A stretch of 63,433 nt of DNA, filler included, from Kipferlia bialata (GCA_003568945.1; 5 parts of 5 records of this genome joined end to end with filler, not necessarily neighbours in it); one strand, 5' to 3'. Positions 26,487 through 41,300 are shown, counted from the first letter of the whole stretch. Made by a program: numbers and translations. Notes: a model not told the origin generated them from the sequence alone.

Positions 26487-27896
26487 ATGTATGCCTCTAT
26501 ATGTCGGTGTTTCACTATATGTCTACATATGCCTGTCCCAACATCAGAGATGTGCTGAAGAGGCTTGACCAGTGCCGCCCTGACCAGAATCTGTTTGTGG
26601 CAGCAGCCCAGTCCATGGCATCGGACATATCCCAGGCAGTGGATGAGAGGGTGGCTAAGGTAGGGATATCAGAGGGGTGCATGAATATATATGTGTGGAT
26701 AGATATGTCACAGGCTGTGGATGGGATTGTTCATACATGTCACCTTGCACCAGACCCACCCCCAGCTCGAGGCCACTACCTCTGCCTCCCTGTCCACCCA
26801 GATAGAGAGAGAGAGACAGGCCGCCCTGGCAGATGTACAGACAGCGGTGGAGGAGGGGGAGAGGCGCATAGCATCGGCACTGGCTAGTGCACAGGCACAG
26901 GTATGGACAGAGACATATATACATAGGATATATTCCTGTATACTTTGTGTATATACCTCTACTGACCCTAGGTTGAGGCCGACAGACAGCGTGCCCTAGC
27001 CGAGGTTGAGACTGAGAGGACCAAGGCAGTGGCCGATGTGGAGACACAGAGAGAGAGGGCACAGGCTGAGCTGACGGCCACTGCTGACTCACTCAGTCAG
27101 AGGGTACACGCACTCATGCAGGGTATGGAGGATGAGAATGAGTATATGTATGTGTGTGTATCTGTGTTGCTAAGTGCCCCCCTGACCCCCCTGACCCCCA
27201 GACATGGCCGATGAGCGTGATGCCCACCTGGCCTCTATCTCTGAGGGCATAGCAGACAGACAGAGACAGGCACAGACAGCATGCACAGCGGCACTCACTC
27301 AGGTGGGGGTCAGCGTCAGTGTAGTGTGGTGTATTGTGTAGTAGTATATCTCTGACACCAGGCCGTTGAGGGTGTGCAGACCCAGGTTGTGCAGGGCATA
27401 GAGGCCTCCCTCACTGATGCTGTCAAGGAGAGGGTGCATGCCCAGATGCTGGATGAGGGTATGGCCAATGGGGTGGGGGCAGTGATCAGAGGCATAGCAG
27501 ACACACACCTCGAGGAGATAGAGGCCAGGCTCACAGGGCAGGTACGGGAGGGTGGGGTGGCTTTTATAGTGTTTAGTGTTATTTGATATACACATCTGAC
27601 GCCCAGGTCCTTGCCAGGCTCAGAGACGTCAGAGAGGGAGGGGAGGGCGAGGCAGAGAGTGACACGCCAACACCCACCAACCCCATCAGTGCCGGTGACC
27701 TCAGGGCCCAGCTCCATCTGTCAGCCAGGCAGAGCAGCGTGGCACTGTCAAACCTCACGCAGGTACATGTATATGTATCCAATGTATCCAAGTAGATAGT
27801 AATACTGTTTGCATACTATACTTCCACTGACGCCAGGACTATGAGAGGCTGAGGCAGAGGGTGCAGCTCATGGAGAGGAGGAGGCGGAGGCGCTAG
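24520..27896 (+). CDS. Multi-exon coiled-coil hypothetical protein
   Basis: MSGGTDNRQPGK|SIKVDANQYP...; EMLLFRRRLNSIEDTF; VGRERETLQGEVSRQL; ...DYERLRQRVQLMERRRRRR* (TAG 27894-27896). Confidence 0.65.
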
Positions 27897-28254
27897 GTCC
27901 CAGTATCATGTGATACTGAGAAGGAGGCGCTGGTACTCATCATGAGTGGGGGTTGTATTTGTAGTAGGACGGTTTTGTGTTTCTAAATGGATGACTATAT
28001 GAGGATATGTGTAGCTTTTCGGACAGATCGTGCTTGTCACATTGTTGCGATGTCTAAACAGTCACACTGTGACGGGTAGCCAGTAACTGGTCAGTGAGAG
28101 AGTGCAAATGTGCTTCAAACGCTCTCCGATTTCCGACCCTTCCGTTTCTCGCAGAGGTTGTTTCTCCAGTCTCTCTTTGTCTTCAGCCGACAGCACCCCC
28201 GACCCACTCGCCCCCCGACAGTATCAGTATCACCAGGGTACTGGTACTGAAGAG

Positions 28255-28614
28255 ATGTCGTCTGAGACTGCCCTGGAGGTTGTGCAGATAGGGTCTCTGT
28301 CTGTGGGCCTGGCCTTTGTGCTGTACCTGGTCATTGCGGCACTGCTGTCCAGGAAGGGCGAGAGGCACATCAAGACCATCGACGTGTTTGTGGGCCTGGC
28401 TGTGCTGTCCGACTCACTGCACCTCTTTGCATGGTGGGCCAGTGTGCAGCTGGTGGACTCAACCCTGGGGTGCCAGGTATGGTGTGCTCTCTCTCTCTCT
28501 CTCTCTCTCTCCCTCTCTCTCTTGTCTGACAGTCAGACTGCCTTCATTGTGGACTATGTGTGTGGCCTCCTGTCCCCTGTCATAGTGGCATGCATGGCAC
28601 ACTGCTCCACCCAG
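28255..28614 (+). CDS. Polytopic membrane protein N-terminus (TM1-TM3), GPCR-like; 3' part missing
   Basis: Exons 28255-28476 and 28537-28614: TM1 (IGSLSVGLAFVLYLVIAALL), TM2 with LAVLSD, a loop ending LGCQ, and TM3 (TAFIVDYVCGLLSPVIVACMA). Confidence 0.45.
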
Positions 28615-28774
28615 GTCAGTGTATACTGTATTCATTGTGTGTGCTCTCTCTCTCCCACACTCTCTGGTCTTCCCATAGTGAAGAAAAGGGAAAGTCATAA
28701 ACCTTGTTGGTTTCGCCATAACTCTTCTACTTCTCTTTCTCTCTCTCTCCCCCCCCCCCCCCCCCTCGCAGGCA

Positions 28775-28813
<39 letters not shown>

Positions 28814-28872
28814 ACACAAGAGTGACTATATATATCTTGTGTGTGTCATGGCATGCATATATGTCCACCCAC

Positions 28873-31800
28873 CTCATCAACAGGCGCCGTATGGCCTGCC
28901 CGACGTGTCGGGTGGTGCGTCTGAAGAGCCACAGTCGGAAGAAGACTATGAGCATGGACACCACTGTACATGCCACCAGTATACATGCAGAGATGGGGGA
29001 GTGGGGGTAGAGGACAGCCGCGAAGCCAGTCTGGTGTTAGAGTATGGCTGCTGAAGTAGTGTGGGAAGGTAGACTACTTAGATACCTTGGGACAGAACAG
29101 CTTCAGGGCTATGTACATGGGCAGCACACACTGTACACTCGTGATGGCAGTCACTGCCGTGTGGTTCTTCTGTATGATAAGGGGTGGGGGTATGGCATAT
29201 ACACACCAATGGTAGAATACACACCACTCCTCAACTACTGACTGACGCAGAGTGCTGATTGGACACACGTACCATATCCTTGAGAGTATCGAGGAAGAAG
29301 AGACACACTGTACACTATACACTATACACTATACACTATACACTATACACTACACAGTCAGATGCAGAGTGTTAATCGTATACTATACGTACCATGTCCT
29401 TGAGGGCATCGTGGAAGGTGAGGAAGGCGCAGTTCTTGTAGGCCTCGCCGGTACTGCCCTGGGGGGTAGAGAGGGGGTATAGGTTATCTGTACGTAGGCA
29501 GAGAGATAGATATCGATAGACCCCCACCTTTATGATCCTCCTGATGGCCCTGATCATCTTGGTCATGGTACCCCAGTGGTGGAGTCTGTGGGAGAGGGGC
29601 ACGTCCTTGGAGCGGGGTGCCTTGGTGGTAGGGGCATCGGCGGCATCGACACATGCACTGCCTGCCCCACTGTCTGTAGATGGTAGGCCTCTGAAGGCAG
29701 TGTCCCACCTGGGAGGTTAGATATATTCAATACATATAGATATATGGATATTGAACTGTTACCCCACCTCTCCCCTGGGTCCTGTAGGATGTGTGCTCTG
29801 TGCTGAGTGGTCAGTATGTGGCAGGGGGTGCCTCGGGAGAAGGCGGCATCCATGACCTAGACGTTAGAGGGGTATATACATACACTTCCGATAATCTGTC
29901 ATGTGTTACCCTCACCTCAATATCGTGTAGGATGAGAGCATCGAGCACCAGCACCACCCTGTCCTTGGGGGTACCATCCCCCTCACCCTCTCCCTCTCCC
30001 TCCCCCCTTCTCTCCTCTGCCTCTGCCTCTGTGTCTGTAAAAGGGTCCATGACCTTGCCACTTGTGGAGGATGTACCCCCCGACGACAGTCTGTCCTTGC
30101 CCTTGCCCTCATCACTCCAGGCTCTCTCTCTCCCTCTCCACGGCATGGACCCCTGCCCACTCGTGGTGTCCTCTCCCCCTGCCGCCCCTCCCTCTGCCCC
30201 TGGCTCCATGTAGCACTCATTGAGCTGTGATGAGTCGTCAGGCACCTGGGTGGGTGGGGCAGCCAGTCCCCACATGACACACCCTCCCTCTGCCGTGGTG
30301 ACTGGCAGTGTATCCGTAGACACAGACAGGGTCAGGGGGGCATCCGGTATCATGGCATTGGGCAGCACAGAGCGCGAGGAGGCATGGCCCGTGGAGCCCT
30401 GGGGGTCAGGGGCGGTGGGCTATGCATATACACATCCATACACATATAACTACAACATACCGTCTCTGCCCCTTGTGCCCCATCCTCTGCGTCATCGGTC
30501 GAGGGTCCGTACCAGGAAGGATATGCATCGTCAGACTAGAAGTGAGAAGGGAGAAGTCCAGAAGTCCTTTGTATTATGATAATGAATGTCTATGTTTATA
30601 TATATATGCCCACATACCGTGTCTGTGAGAGCTGCCTCCACTATAATCTCCTGTCTGACCCACTCCCCTGAGCCTGTGTCTGACTCACTCTCGTTGTAGT
30701 GCGAGTGGCTGCCAAGGGAAGAGGCAGGGACCTAGGGTGAGGGGGTATGTCCAAACACTCAGTATATACACATATATATACCCTCACCTGCCATGATCTG
30801 AGAGGCCTTGTGCTCCCTCCCCCTGTAGAGCTGCCGTCCCCACTGGACAGGGACGCAGACCCCGAGGGGTGGGTGGATGACTTGTGGTGCATGGAGGGGG
30901 AGTGGCTAAGAGAGGCAGTGCCCCCGATGTACATGCCGAGTGTTCTGCTGCACTCAGGAGAGGTGGTGGAGACGGAGACATCTCTCTCTCTCTCTCTCTC
31001 TGACCCCAGGCGCCCTATGGGTACGTGGGTGTGACTCGGTGAGTACACACCCATGTATGAGTCTGTACCCGTGTCACTGTAGCTGTCAGAGTCTAGGCCC
31101 AGGTCGAGGTAGGGCCGGGAGCAGCTGCGGCTGATGGCCTAGTATAAGAGGGGGGGGGGGGGGCTATGTATTGCTAGTCTCTATATATACCTGGGGTGCA
31201 TCTGTCCCCAGTGTGCCGAGGGGGTTGCGGTACAGACCGGATGCCTCGGCAGACAGACCAAACATCAGACGGCGCATAAGGACACGCTGGGAGTTGGAGG
31301 GACACATCTTGATGTGATGTATATATAGAATATTTCCAACTACCACCCATGCTATACCGTACCTCTGGCACCGGCACCTCAGGCACCTCCAGGTACTGTG
31401 CCCCACTGCCAGTGGTATACCCTGGCACGGCAGTGAAGCTGGGGGTGAGGGCATGTGCCCACTCTATATAACACCTATATATGTATACATACATGTACAC
31501 ACCTAGCTCTGATGACTGTCCAAGGTGTGTTGAATATGGCATGCAGTGCGTGGTCATCCCCCTGGTGGGTGGGTCTGTCCAGCATCCTGGGCACCTCGGG
31601 GCTGGGGGGGACGGGGGACACAAACTGGGGGTGGGACAGGAGAGTAGTATATCAAGACAGTAGTAACATGTCTACTATCCCCATGTATAGGAACTGTTGC
31701 CAGTCTAAATGTAGTATCATCTGTACACACAGTCAAGATACCTTCCCCTGTGCCCCCTTGCTCTGGAACAGCTCTCTGACACTCACTGTGTCCAGGTAGG

Positions 31801-32657
31801 CAGAGGCAGACAGGATGCGGCTGGTCCAGCTAGAGCCGAGCTGGGGGTGAGCACAGAGGGACGAGAGGATGGGATTACAGAATCTACGCGATACCAACCC
31901 TACCTCGAGCACCGCCTGTACATATGTCTGGAGGGTGCCCTCTGTGTCACTCACAAAGCGAGGCATGTCGCTGGGGGTGTTGGTGAGGGGAGAGGAAGGG
32001 CAATAGTATACCAGTGACATACATATACACACATATATGTATACGCTCTGTGGCCCTACCTCTCAGCCACATACACCCTTCTGACCGGGCATGCTCCCTT
32101 TCCCTTAAGTAGGAGTGACATGGGGGGGGAGACGGCAAACTCGACATGTCTGGAAGGTGAGTGTACATAAAGTGTAGTAGTATAGTGTAACATAGTCCAC
32201 AGAGACATACCTCAGCTCTGGTGCCTTGAGAGCATCTGAGAGTGGTGCCTGCAGTCTCTGTGCCACCTCCTCTGTCACCAGGGTCTCAAACACACCCGCC
32301 TCGCACATGAGCCTGGAGGGGTCAGAGGGATATTGACCAGTGCAAGGTGTGCATATGGTAGGGTACATGCTGAGATAGTCTATACCTCGCTGCTGTGTTG
32401 ACTGTGTCTCCAAACACATCGTACATGAGCTCGTAGGTCCCTAGTACACCACACATCACCCACCCACACGCCACACCAGCCCTGGGGGTGAGTGTCACGC
32501 ACACATATACAACAGCACATACGGTCAATGATAGAGGTGTATCATACCTAATACCCTCGACTGTGGGCAGGGGTATGCCACTCTCCCTGAGGGCAGAGAC
32601 CCCTAGGGACACAGCTGCTATCATGCGGCACATGGACAGGCACTGGTGCTGCAGAAC
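28873..32657 (-). CDS. Class III nucleotide cyclase (adenylyl-type) with downstream transmembrane segments; both ends truncated
   Basis: Exon 32481-32386 reads AGVACGWVMCGVLGTYELMYDVFGDTVNTAAR, then LMCEA. A long low-complexity linker follows, then hydrophobic exons (ISACILVACTVVSMLIVFFRLWLF). Confidence 0.75.
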
Positions 32658-32803
32658 CTAGCAGTCGGGGGGGGGGGGGGGTAGAGGCAGAGGCAGATAT
32701 ATANNNNNNNNNNNNNNNNNNNNNNNNNNNNNNNNNNNNNNNNNNNNTTAATTAATTAANNNNNNNNNNNNNNNNNNNNNNNNNNNNNNNNNNNNNNNNN
32801 NNN

Positions 32804-34802
32804 AGCTGACCCTGCACGTTGCCAAAGACACTCCCCCTGTGGTATAGAGCAGACGATGGAGTGGCTACAGATGGGATAGACCCAGCAGTCTCCCTTTCAC
32901 CAGCAAGTGTCACCCACCCCTCATGTGGTGAGTAGCGACTCACACAGAGTACTTCCATGTCCTGCCTTAGCCACACAGCAAAGCACCCAGTGCCGGTGGA
33001 GCAGCGAAGGGTAGGTGGGTTGTCCCAGGGTGCTGTGGCAGACTGAGCCCAGTCATACACCTCAGCTGCAGGCTGGGGCTCTGTGGCCACGGGCAGCTGG
33101 GGGGTGTCTCGAAACTGAGCTAGCTGGACACGATGAAGATACACACCCATGCGTCCTCTGGAGGAGTACACTATACAGTTGTCGTGTAGGGCGTAGTCTA
33201 GGACAGTGCCGCATATGTAGACAGAGGTGCTGTGGAGGACGGACACGTGGAGGGCCTCCCCTATCTGCACTATGGAACCGATCTCACAGGGTGTGCGTGT
33301 GTAACCGTCAGAAGAGAGGGTGGCAGCGGGGGTTGCAGCACGAGTGCGTATCACAGACAGTGTGCGTGAGGACGTGTCCACTCGGAGTGTTGAGTGTGAC
33401 CAGTCGTAGTGTGTGAGTGACACGTGGACTGACCCGTCTGGCTGTGTGGACAGGGTGCATATATCGGTGTCTTGTAGAGCAGCGGCGGCGTTGGGACTCA
33501 CAGTAAGCTCTACAGGCTGCCAGCAGAGTCTGCCCTCACTGTGTTGCAGGCGGAGAAGGGTGGGGGTGAAGGAGTCCTCGGGGAGGGAGAAGAGATGGAA
33601 TCGGTTGTCCTGAGGTTAAAAGATGGGACATATCCTCAACACATTTGTGTTGGACATGATATATAGTATTGATTTAAGGTCTAGCACATATCCAATGTGT
33701 ACATATATATATAGTGACTGAGAACAAATAGTAGTCTTGTACATGAGTAGTATGTACCTGAGTACACAACACACAGTCATCGGGCACTTGTGTTGCATCC
33801 ACGCACATTGTCTGTACAACGACAGAGTCCAGTACATTAACAAGAACAGACCTGGTTCTGGAGGTTAACACAGATCATCACTATGTTGCAAGAAGTATAC
33901 GAATGTCAGAGTCTATATTTATGTGTTGTTGCTGCCATAGTGACACAAGAATGTATTGAATACATTGTATTCGGTTCAAAGGCCGAGGGGGCTCTTGTAT
34001 ACATATTCATAGGCCTAGAATGCGGGGAGGGGGGGGATTAGAATTCTATATTCAAGTACCAAACAGTATGTTCAATGCCATATGGAATAGTGTATGTATA
34101 TACACGGAGTTCACATACCTCATATCGATGTATCTTTTATACAGACCCACGAAATCAAGAAAGGTTATACACTATATCGTATATACATTCTCATATCACG
34201 CACCTGTTCAGCAGATTGACCACCCTGCCTGATACCAGCACTGCAGCAGGGTCCGCATCAAAGGATGGCCCTAGGACAGCCAGACACTCTGAGACTGGGG
34301 AGGGGCAGACAATGCGGCCTGTAGGGGTGTAGTCTGTGAGAGAGGCACATCCCACCAGCCCCACATCTAGACCGGGGTGGGTATCAGCACCAGACTCTGT
34401 ATCTATAGACACCAGTGTGAATACCGCCGTCATCTCTAGCACCCCGAGAGTGGCATGGGCTAAGCAGAGGCCGAGGGGGAGGGAGGGAGAGACGGGCCGG
34501 TGCTGGATGTGGAGAGAGACACACTCTCTCATACCCTCTCTCATCAATGCATCCAGAGAGTGGGAGTACTCATCATCAGAGTCACTCTCAATATCAGAGG
34601 CAGAATCCTCCCCCTCTGCCTGCACTGCCTGTCTGGCCTTGTGCACAAGAGGTATCAGGACACCAACAGGGTCAGTCACAGATACACAGCCAGAAGAACT
34701 GGAGGAGTGGGAGGTGTCTTGGGGGGCATCACCATCACTTGATGCCGCAACATCCACCGAACACAGTGGTGTGCCTACACAGTCCAGTATTCGAATTTTC
34801 AT
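32804..34802 (-). CDS. Hypothetical protein with three large exons (3' truncated)
   Basis: ATG at 34802 (MKIRILDCVGTP). Exons ~34802-34204, ~33858-33758 and ~33610-32804 are stop-free with GT-AG boundaries. Confidence 0.6.
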
Positions 34803-35383
34803 TCTGAGAGCACCAATGCGTGGATAGGCGACCAGCAGAGGCAAGCATCCGGTTTTTCTCCGATTCAAGCAAACGCTACACCCTTTCTTCAATGACGCTC
34901 AATGCTATACAATATTTTCCAGGACGATTCCCAGCCTGGCTTTCCCAGCCCATCAGTGATCTAGCCGTCTACTAATAGCTGATTTACCGTGGTGTTATGT
35001 ATACAGTTTCTGCTAGGTCAAGTAGGAATTACTCATTCCGAATTAGTCTTGTACTGGACCAAAGTATAATGAATTGTAATTCCTCTCTCTAAGTCCATCA
35101 CACTTTGTGAAGAATGGGAACTCTTCCCAATTATACCTTGCCTGTGTGATTCACACACCTATTCGTTCACGGATTACCATCTATTACTCCTCTTGCTACC
35201 GACCCTGCCACTCCCAGGCCATGACTGACATACCAACCCTCTATTACGTAACTGAATGTATATAGTCCCACTAGGCCTAGGCCTGATACCGACCCTCCCT
35301 CTCCCAGTCCATCACTGGGTACAAGTCATATATTACTAGATTCTCAACGTAATAGTAAAGATAACCAGTTGTAGCACTACAAG

Positions 35384-38300
35384 TCATCGACTCTGTCTCT
35401 CCCAGTCCATGACTGGGTACGTGCCAAGGTCAAGGTCAGGACCATCAAGAGACCTGGGGTTAGAATATTTATGTAGAATATATAGAGTCTTCCTTTGTAA
35501 TACGCCCAGGCCAAGGATAGGACATCACTCAATAAGCATATATGTTGGGTAATGTATGTGATCAACATGAACTGTTTTTGTACCTGATCATGAGTGCTCC
35601 CTTTGCCCCCATCTTCCGTCTGCACGAGTAGACTGGAACATACTCTGCACCAGCCTCTATCTGAAGGGCCTTCACAACACTGACATGAGAAACTGATATA
35701 TAGTGTATACACTGAGATGAGCTGTATTGATATATATAGTGAGATACTAATATATATGGTGGACACAAAACTGGCAGAAAGAAAAACACTTGGTAAGCTG
35801 AACGCGATTCTAAGGGACAAGAATGGAATGGAGCTGACCATGCAATCAGTCCATGAAAAAGCAGAGAGGTGCTTACGTACACTCCGTCCATGCACAGTTG
35901 GAGCCAGCCTTTGCTGGAGTCCACAAGGAGTCCCAGGATACTCTTGCCACCCTATGGTGAGTGGAGCAGAAAACATATACAGGAACACGTACATACACAC
36001 ACACACACACACATATATATAAATATACCCAAGTGTGCACCTTCCTGATATTGATTGAACTAGTATACAATTTATGCGTACCTTCCTGGTCCATGGGTCT
36101 GTGGTGCCATTCTCCACGCTGAGGGTAAAAGCAGAAAGGGGAAGAGAAGGAACAGGGAGATAGTCAGAGTATAACACTATTATATGTATATAATAATAGG
36201 TGTATATATGGCAATTCTTACCTTCCCCCCATGTGGCTCCACTCTGTCCTTGCAGACTGGGATCAGATAACATCGTGGTTTATACACAAATATATACACA
36301 TCATTAGTCAGATAGATCAACGCATCATATGGTAAGATACGGACTGCGGGGATACATCATAGTGGGTAATGTCTCTTCCAGTACATAAATACATAGATAT
36401 ACCAAAGACGCCCAACCACCGCACACATTGAATGATACCCTACTACGCTACTTACATATGCTTTTGTATTATCAATGATACCTTTGCATTTCCCACCATC
36501 CACCAGTAGGATCCCTCAGTGGTAATGTAGTTGCTGGGGGTCAGAGAATAGTGTGTCCTGGAAACATGTATATGCATACAATACATATATACATGTATAT
36601 ACGTACTCATTGTACTGTAGTCTGTCGAGTGTGTATGTATATACCTATACATACTAAAAGCACATATATATATATATACATGTATATACGTACTTATTGT
36701 ACATCAGTCTGTCCAGCGAGTCTGCCCTGGCTATACCAAGACAGGTGTCGATGGCCTCAGACACATGCACCTCAAACTGGGTGTTAGCACAAGAATGACA
36801 ATGAACTTTACAACTGATAAGCTATTTGAATATCATAATACAGTGTCGATACAGTGGGACATGCACCTCAAACTGGGTGTTGGGACAAGGCAACTAAATA
36901 TATCATGAGAAGAAAGGTACTACTATACGTGACAAACTAATTCACCACTTGGGATATACCTCAATGTATGTGGCCCTATTAATAAATATAGAATACCGTT
37001 ATTCTATATTATATTCTATTTCTATATTTTTGAAGCCCTAACCTCAATGTATGTGGCCCTATTGGCCTGGCATGTGTAGTCACAGGCCACAGCGGCATAT
37101 GCATGGGCCTTGGCTGGGGTGAGAATATATAGTCAGGTACGTACATTAGTTATTAGTAATATATAAGTTCGTCACAGGCCACTGCGGCATATGCATGGGC
37201 CTTGGCTGGGGTGAGAATAGTCACATAAGAGAATGTATTAATTATTAATATTAATTATTAATATTATTAAAATAATTATTAATATTTGCATGGGCCTTGG
37301 CTGGGGTGAGGCAAGGATATAGGTACATGATATGGCGGTATTAGTATATATCAGAATGATGCAACTAACTCATCAGAGTCGTATACCTTGCATCTTGCTG
37401 TATAGCTCAGAGCCAAGCACAGGCCTTGCGTCACTAGCGCTGGGCTGACTGGCGCCTGAGGTCAGGATAGAGCAAATAGTGTGAAGTATGGGACACAGAA
37501 CACAGACTGATGAGGGGCTGACAAGTTTCATGGCGGAGTATCAGAAGAGTGTATTTGTTTGCTAGTAATTAACAAGAATTAATACAATACTATATATATA
37601 AATATTACACATAAACAATAGTACCATTATACACACATAGAAAGATACAGGACTAGTACCTGAGGGAGGTATGGAGACTGTCTCGTATAGCACACATATT
37701 ACAATATAGAAAGGAACCAATAATGTACTAATAATAATAGCTAATATATATATATATACCTGGGGGAGGTATGGTCACTGTCTCTTCCATTACATAGACC
37801 TTGGCCCTGTGTGGACCAGAGGCAAAGGAGACTTGACCTAAGGGTGAGAATATACTGCAGATTGGATTTGATGCACTACATACAAATGTCTGAAGCAAAG
37901 GAGACCTACCCTAGGGGGTGAGAATAGAATCCACTGTAGGTGATTAGACTATCCACTGTATGGAGACTGAATGGACTGCAGATTGTCAAAGTGTACTACC
38001 TTCTATTCTATGGTATTGGAATATAGTGCACCGGTATACCTGGGTACACAATGTACTAATACTATATAATATATAAAATAATATTCATATATTATTTCTA
38101 TATAATACAATTATATATATAGTTATAATACCTGGGTACACAATGTCCTTGGGTACTCTGTGTGGGGGAATAGGGGGTGGGGGTACACTCAATACAGGGG
38201 AGGCATCTCTCTCTGATACCTCCAACTCTGCCTCCCTCTCTATCTCCCCCTTATCCACAGCCACCTTGGCAGCAACAGTCTCTCTCTCTCTCTCCGCCTT

Positions 38301-41300
38301 GTGGGTCATAGGTGTCTTGACACTCTGGGGTGAAGCGTCTCCGACACCTTCCACAGGAGCCTTGGAATGAAGGTCCGAGGAACTCGCTCTCTCCCTCTCC
38401 CTCTCCTTCTCCCTCCTCCCCTTGGAGAGCCCCTTCCTTCTCCTGCTCCCCTCGCTCTCTCTCTCCCTGTCTCTCTTGCGTCTCACTAGGCGCCTCTCCC
38501 TGCGCCTCTCCCTCTCCCTCTCCCTGTCTCTCTCTGCCTCGTATATACTGGTGTCCATGGTCAGGGAGGTGTCATCATCCACAGTCAGGGTGGTCATAAG
38601 GGAGTCATCATCCCTCTCCCTCTCCCTCTCCCTCTGCCTCTCTCTCTCCCTGGAGGTTCTTCTCCCTGACCCCCCGAAAGTCTCTCTCCTCCCCCTCCCT
38701 CTCTCCGTGTCTCTCTCTCTCCTCATTTCCCTTCCACCCAGTGTCTCCCTCCTTCTCATCGGCACTGGTGACTCTCTCTCTCTCTCCCTCCCTCTCTCAC
38801 GCCGCCACTCCTTACTGGGAAGTCTCATATCTCCATCTCTACGTCTCTTCCCGTACACAACCTCAGGCGAGTAGTTACGCTCGTCATACATGCCCCTCGC
38901 CCTCTCTCTCTCTCCACCTCGCCTGCCATGCCACTCTCTCTCATCCTGACTGTTATCTCGCGTCAAATCTACCACAAACATGTCAATGATGTATCATACG
39001 ATAGTGGGTAGCACAGGTACATACCTCGACATAGTAGCCAGGTGCTCGGTGGGCTAGTATCTCCTCCCTGTATGGCAGCTCCCTTCCGCGTCTCTCTGTC
39101 TCTCTCTCTTTGGCATGGTCGTGCCACCCAACGTGTCTCTCCTGCAATTAGAGTTTAGTAAACTGAGTATATATGTATACATATATACCCCGAAAGCATA
39201 TAAAGACGAGGGAATTGTGTCTATATCAAATATAATAGTGAAGTTATTAGAAGCACAGTATGTCATAAACTATCATCTACCTCAGCCACGGGAGCTGTTG
39301 GAATTGTGTGGGGCATAGATACGGACTGAAGGGCCTGGTATTAGACTACTATATACACATACAGTATAACAATATGTGAATCGTAATAGTTTCATGTATA
39401 ACATGAAAGAAACCGGGAAGTCGTAACAATACACTATTAGAGTGAATCCTATCTGCATATATATGACACTGATATCACCACAGTACCTTCAGCTCCTCTT
39501 TGTGCTTCTTCTCTCTCTCCTCCGCCGCTCTCAACAGCTCTGCTATCCTCTCCTCCTTCTCTCTCTCCCTCTGCTCCGCTGCCTCCTTCTCCCTCAACAG
39601 CTGAGGTGAGAGAAATGATGATTAATAGTACTATTAATTAATAGATATACTACTATTAATAGTATTATTAGATTTATAGTATATACTGATACTGCCTCCT
39701 TCTCCCGCAACAGCTGAAGTGAGAGAAATGATGATGAATAGTATTATTAATAGATATAATACAATTATCAATGCAATTAGATTAATAGGATATAGTGATA
39801 CTGTATCCTTCTCCCGCAACAGCTGAAGTGAGGGAAGTGATGATAAATTATAAATGCAATATTATTAGTAGTATTATTAGATCAAAAAGAGATACTGATA
39901 CTGCCTCCTTCTCCCTCAACAGCTGAGGTGAGTGAAGTGATGATTAATAGTATTATTAATAGATATATGACATTATTAATACTATTGGAATAGTATATAC
40001 TGATACTGCCTCCTTCTCCCTCAACAGCTGAAGTGAGGCAGAGGGAGATCATATCACTGTCACTATATATAATGAGTATGTACTGATATACTGCCTCCTA
40101 TTATTTCGTCGAAAGATGAGGTGAACTGACATCTTACTTATAACACATAAATTATCGAGGGTATATAATATACATAACAGACCAAAGTGCAACCGCACCT
40201 GCTGCTCCCTCTCTCTCTCCTTCAGAGTGGAGAGAAACTCCATCTCCAGTCGGTGCTTCATCTCCCGCTTGGCCTGGGAGTGAGGTCTCTTTCTTCCCTA
40301 TAAATACATATACAAATAAACATATGATGCTACTGACAAGTGAGAATACACAAACCTTTATCTTGTTAAGGTAACTGTAATGCTGAAAGAAGAAACAACT
40401 AAGAGCCATAAAACCTCTCACCTATTAATCATCAATAATTTGAAATGTATATATCCATCAAAATACCTGCATCTTGTAGTACTCCTCCCCGAAACCTGCA
40501 AGTCATCATAGGTATGTATATATATATATATATATGTATGTATATGTACCTGCATCTTGTAGTACTCCTCCCCGAGTGGTGTGTATAATTATATCTATAC
40601 TCACTATAGATATGTTGTATATACATACATACATATACCACTGACCTGCATCTTGTAGTACTCCTCGCCGAGTGGTGTGTACACCCCACCTCTGCTGCCC
40701 ATCTCCAGCACCCTCTGTGTTCTGAGGATTAGGGTGAGATATATATTACCGAAATATACAATAGGAAACGCGAGATATATATATCGTAAGAATATGATAG
40801 GGAAGACATACAAAAGTAACATGCACCCTCTGTGTCCTGAGGATAAGGGGGGATAAGCAACAATAGTATATAGTATTCAATCTATAATGGTAATATATAT
40901 GATATTATTTATGATATATAGCACCCTCTGTGTCCTGAGGATAAGGGAGGATGAAGTATACAGTAATATATCAAAGACGATGGCACCCTCTGCGTCCGCC
41001 TGAGTATTCTCTGCATCTACTAAAACCAGTGTATATATGCTGGTATATGCGTACACATATATATAATACAAATGCATGTATAGTAGAAGTAGTACCTCTG
41101 GATAAGGGCAGATGTCTCCCTCCTCCCCTCTGCCTCTGCCCCTACTAGTCTCTGTGTATATATAGGTATACTATATATATGAGTATATACTACTATAGTG
41201 TATAATACCTCTGAATTAGTGCTGTGGTCTCTCTCCTCCCCTCTGCCTCTGCCCCTACTAGTCTCTGGGCCAGGTCAGGCAGAGACACAGGGGGGGAGAG

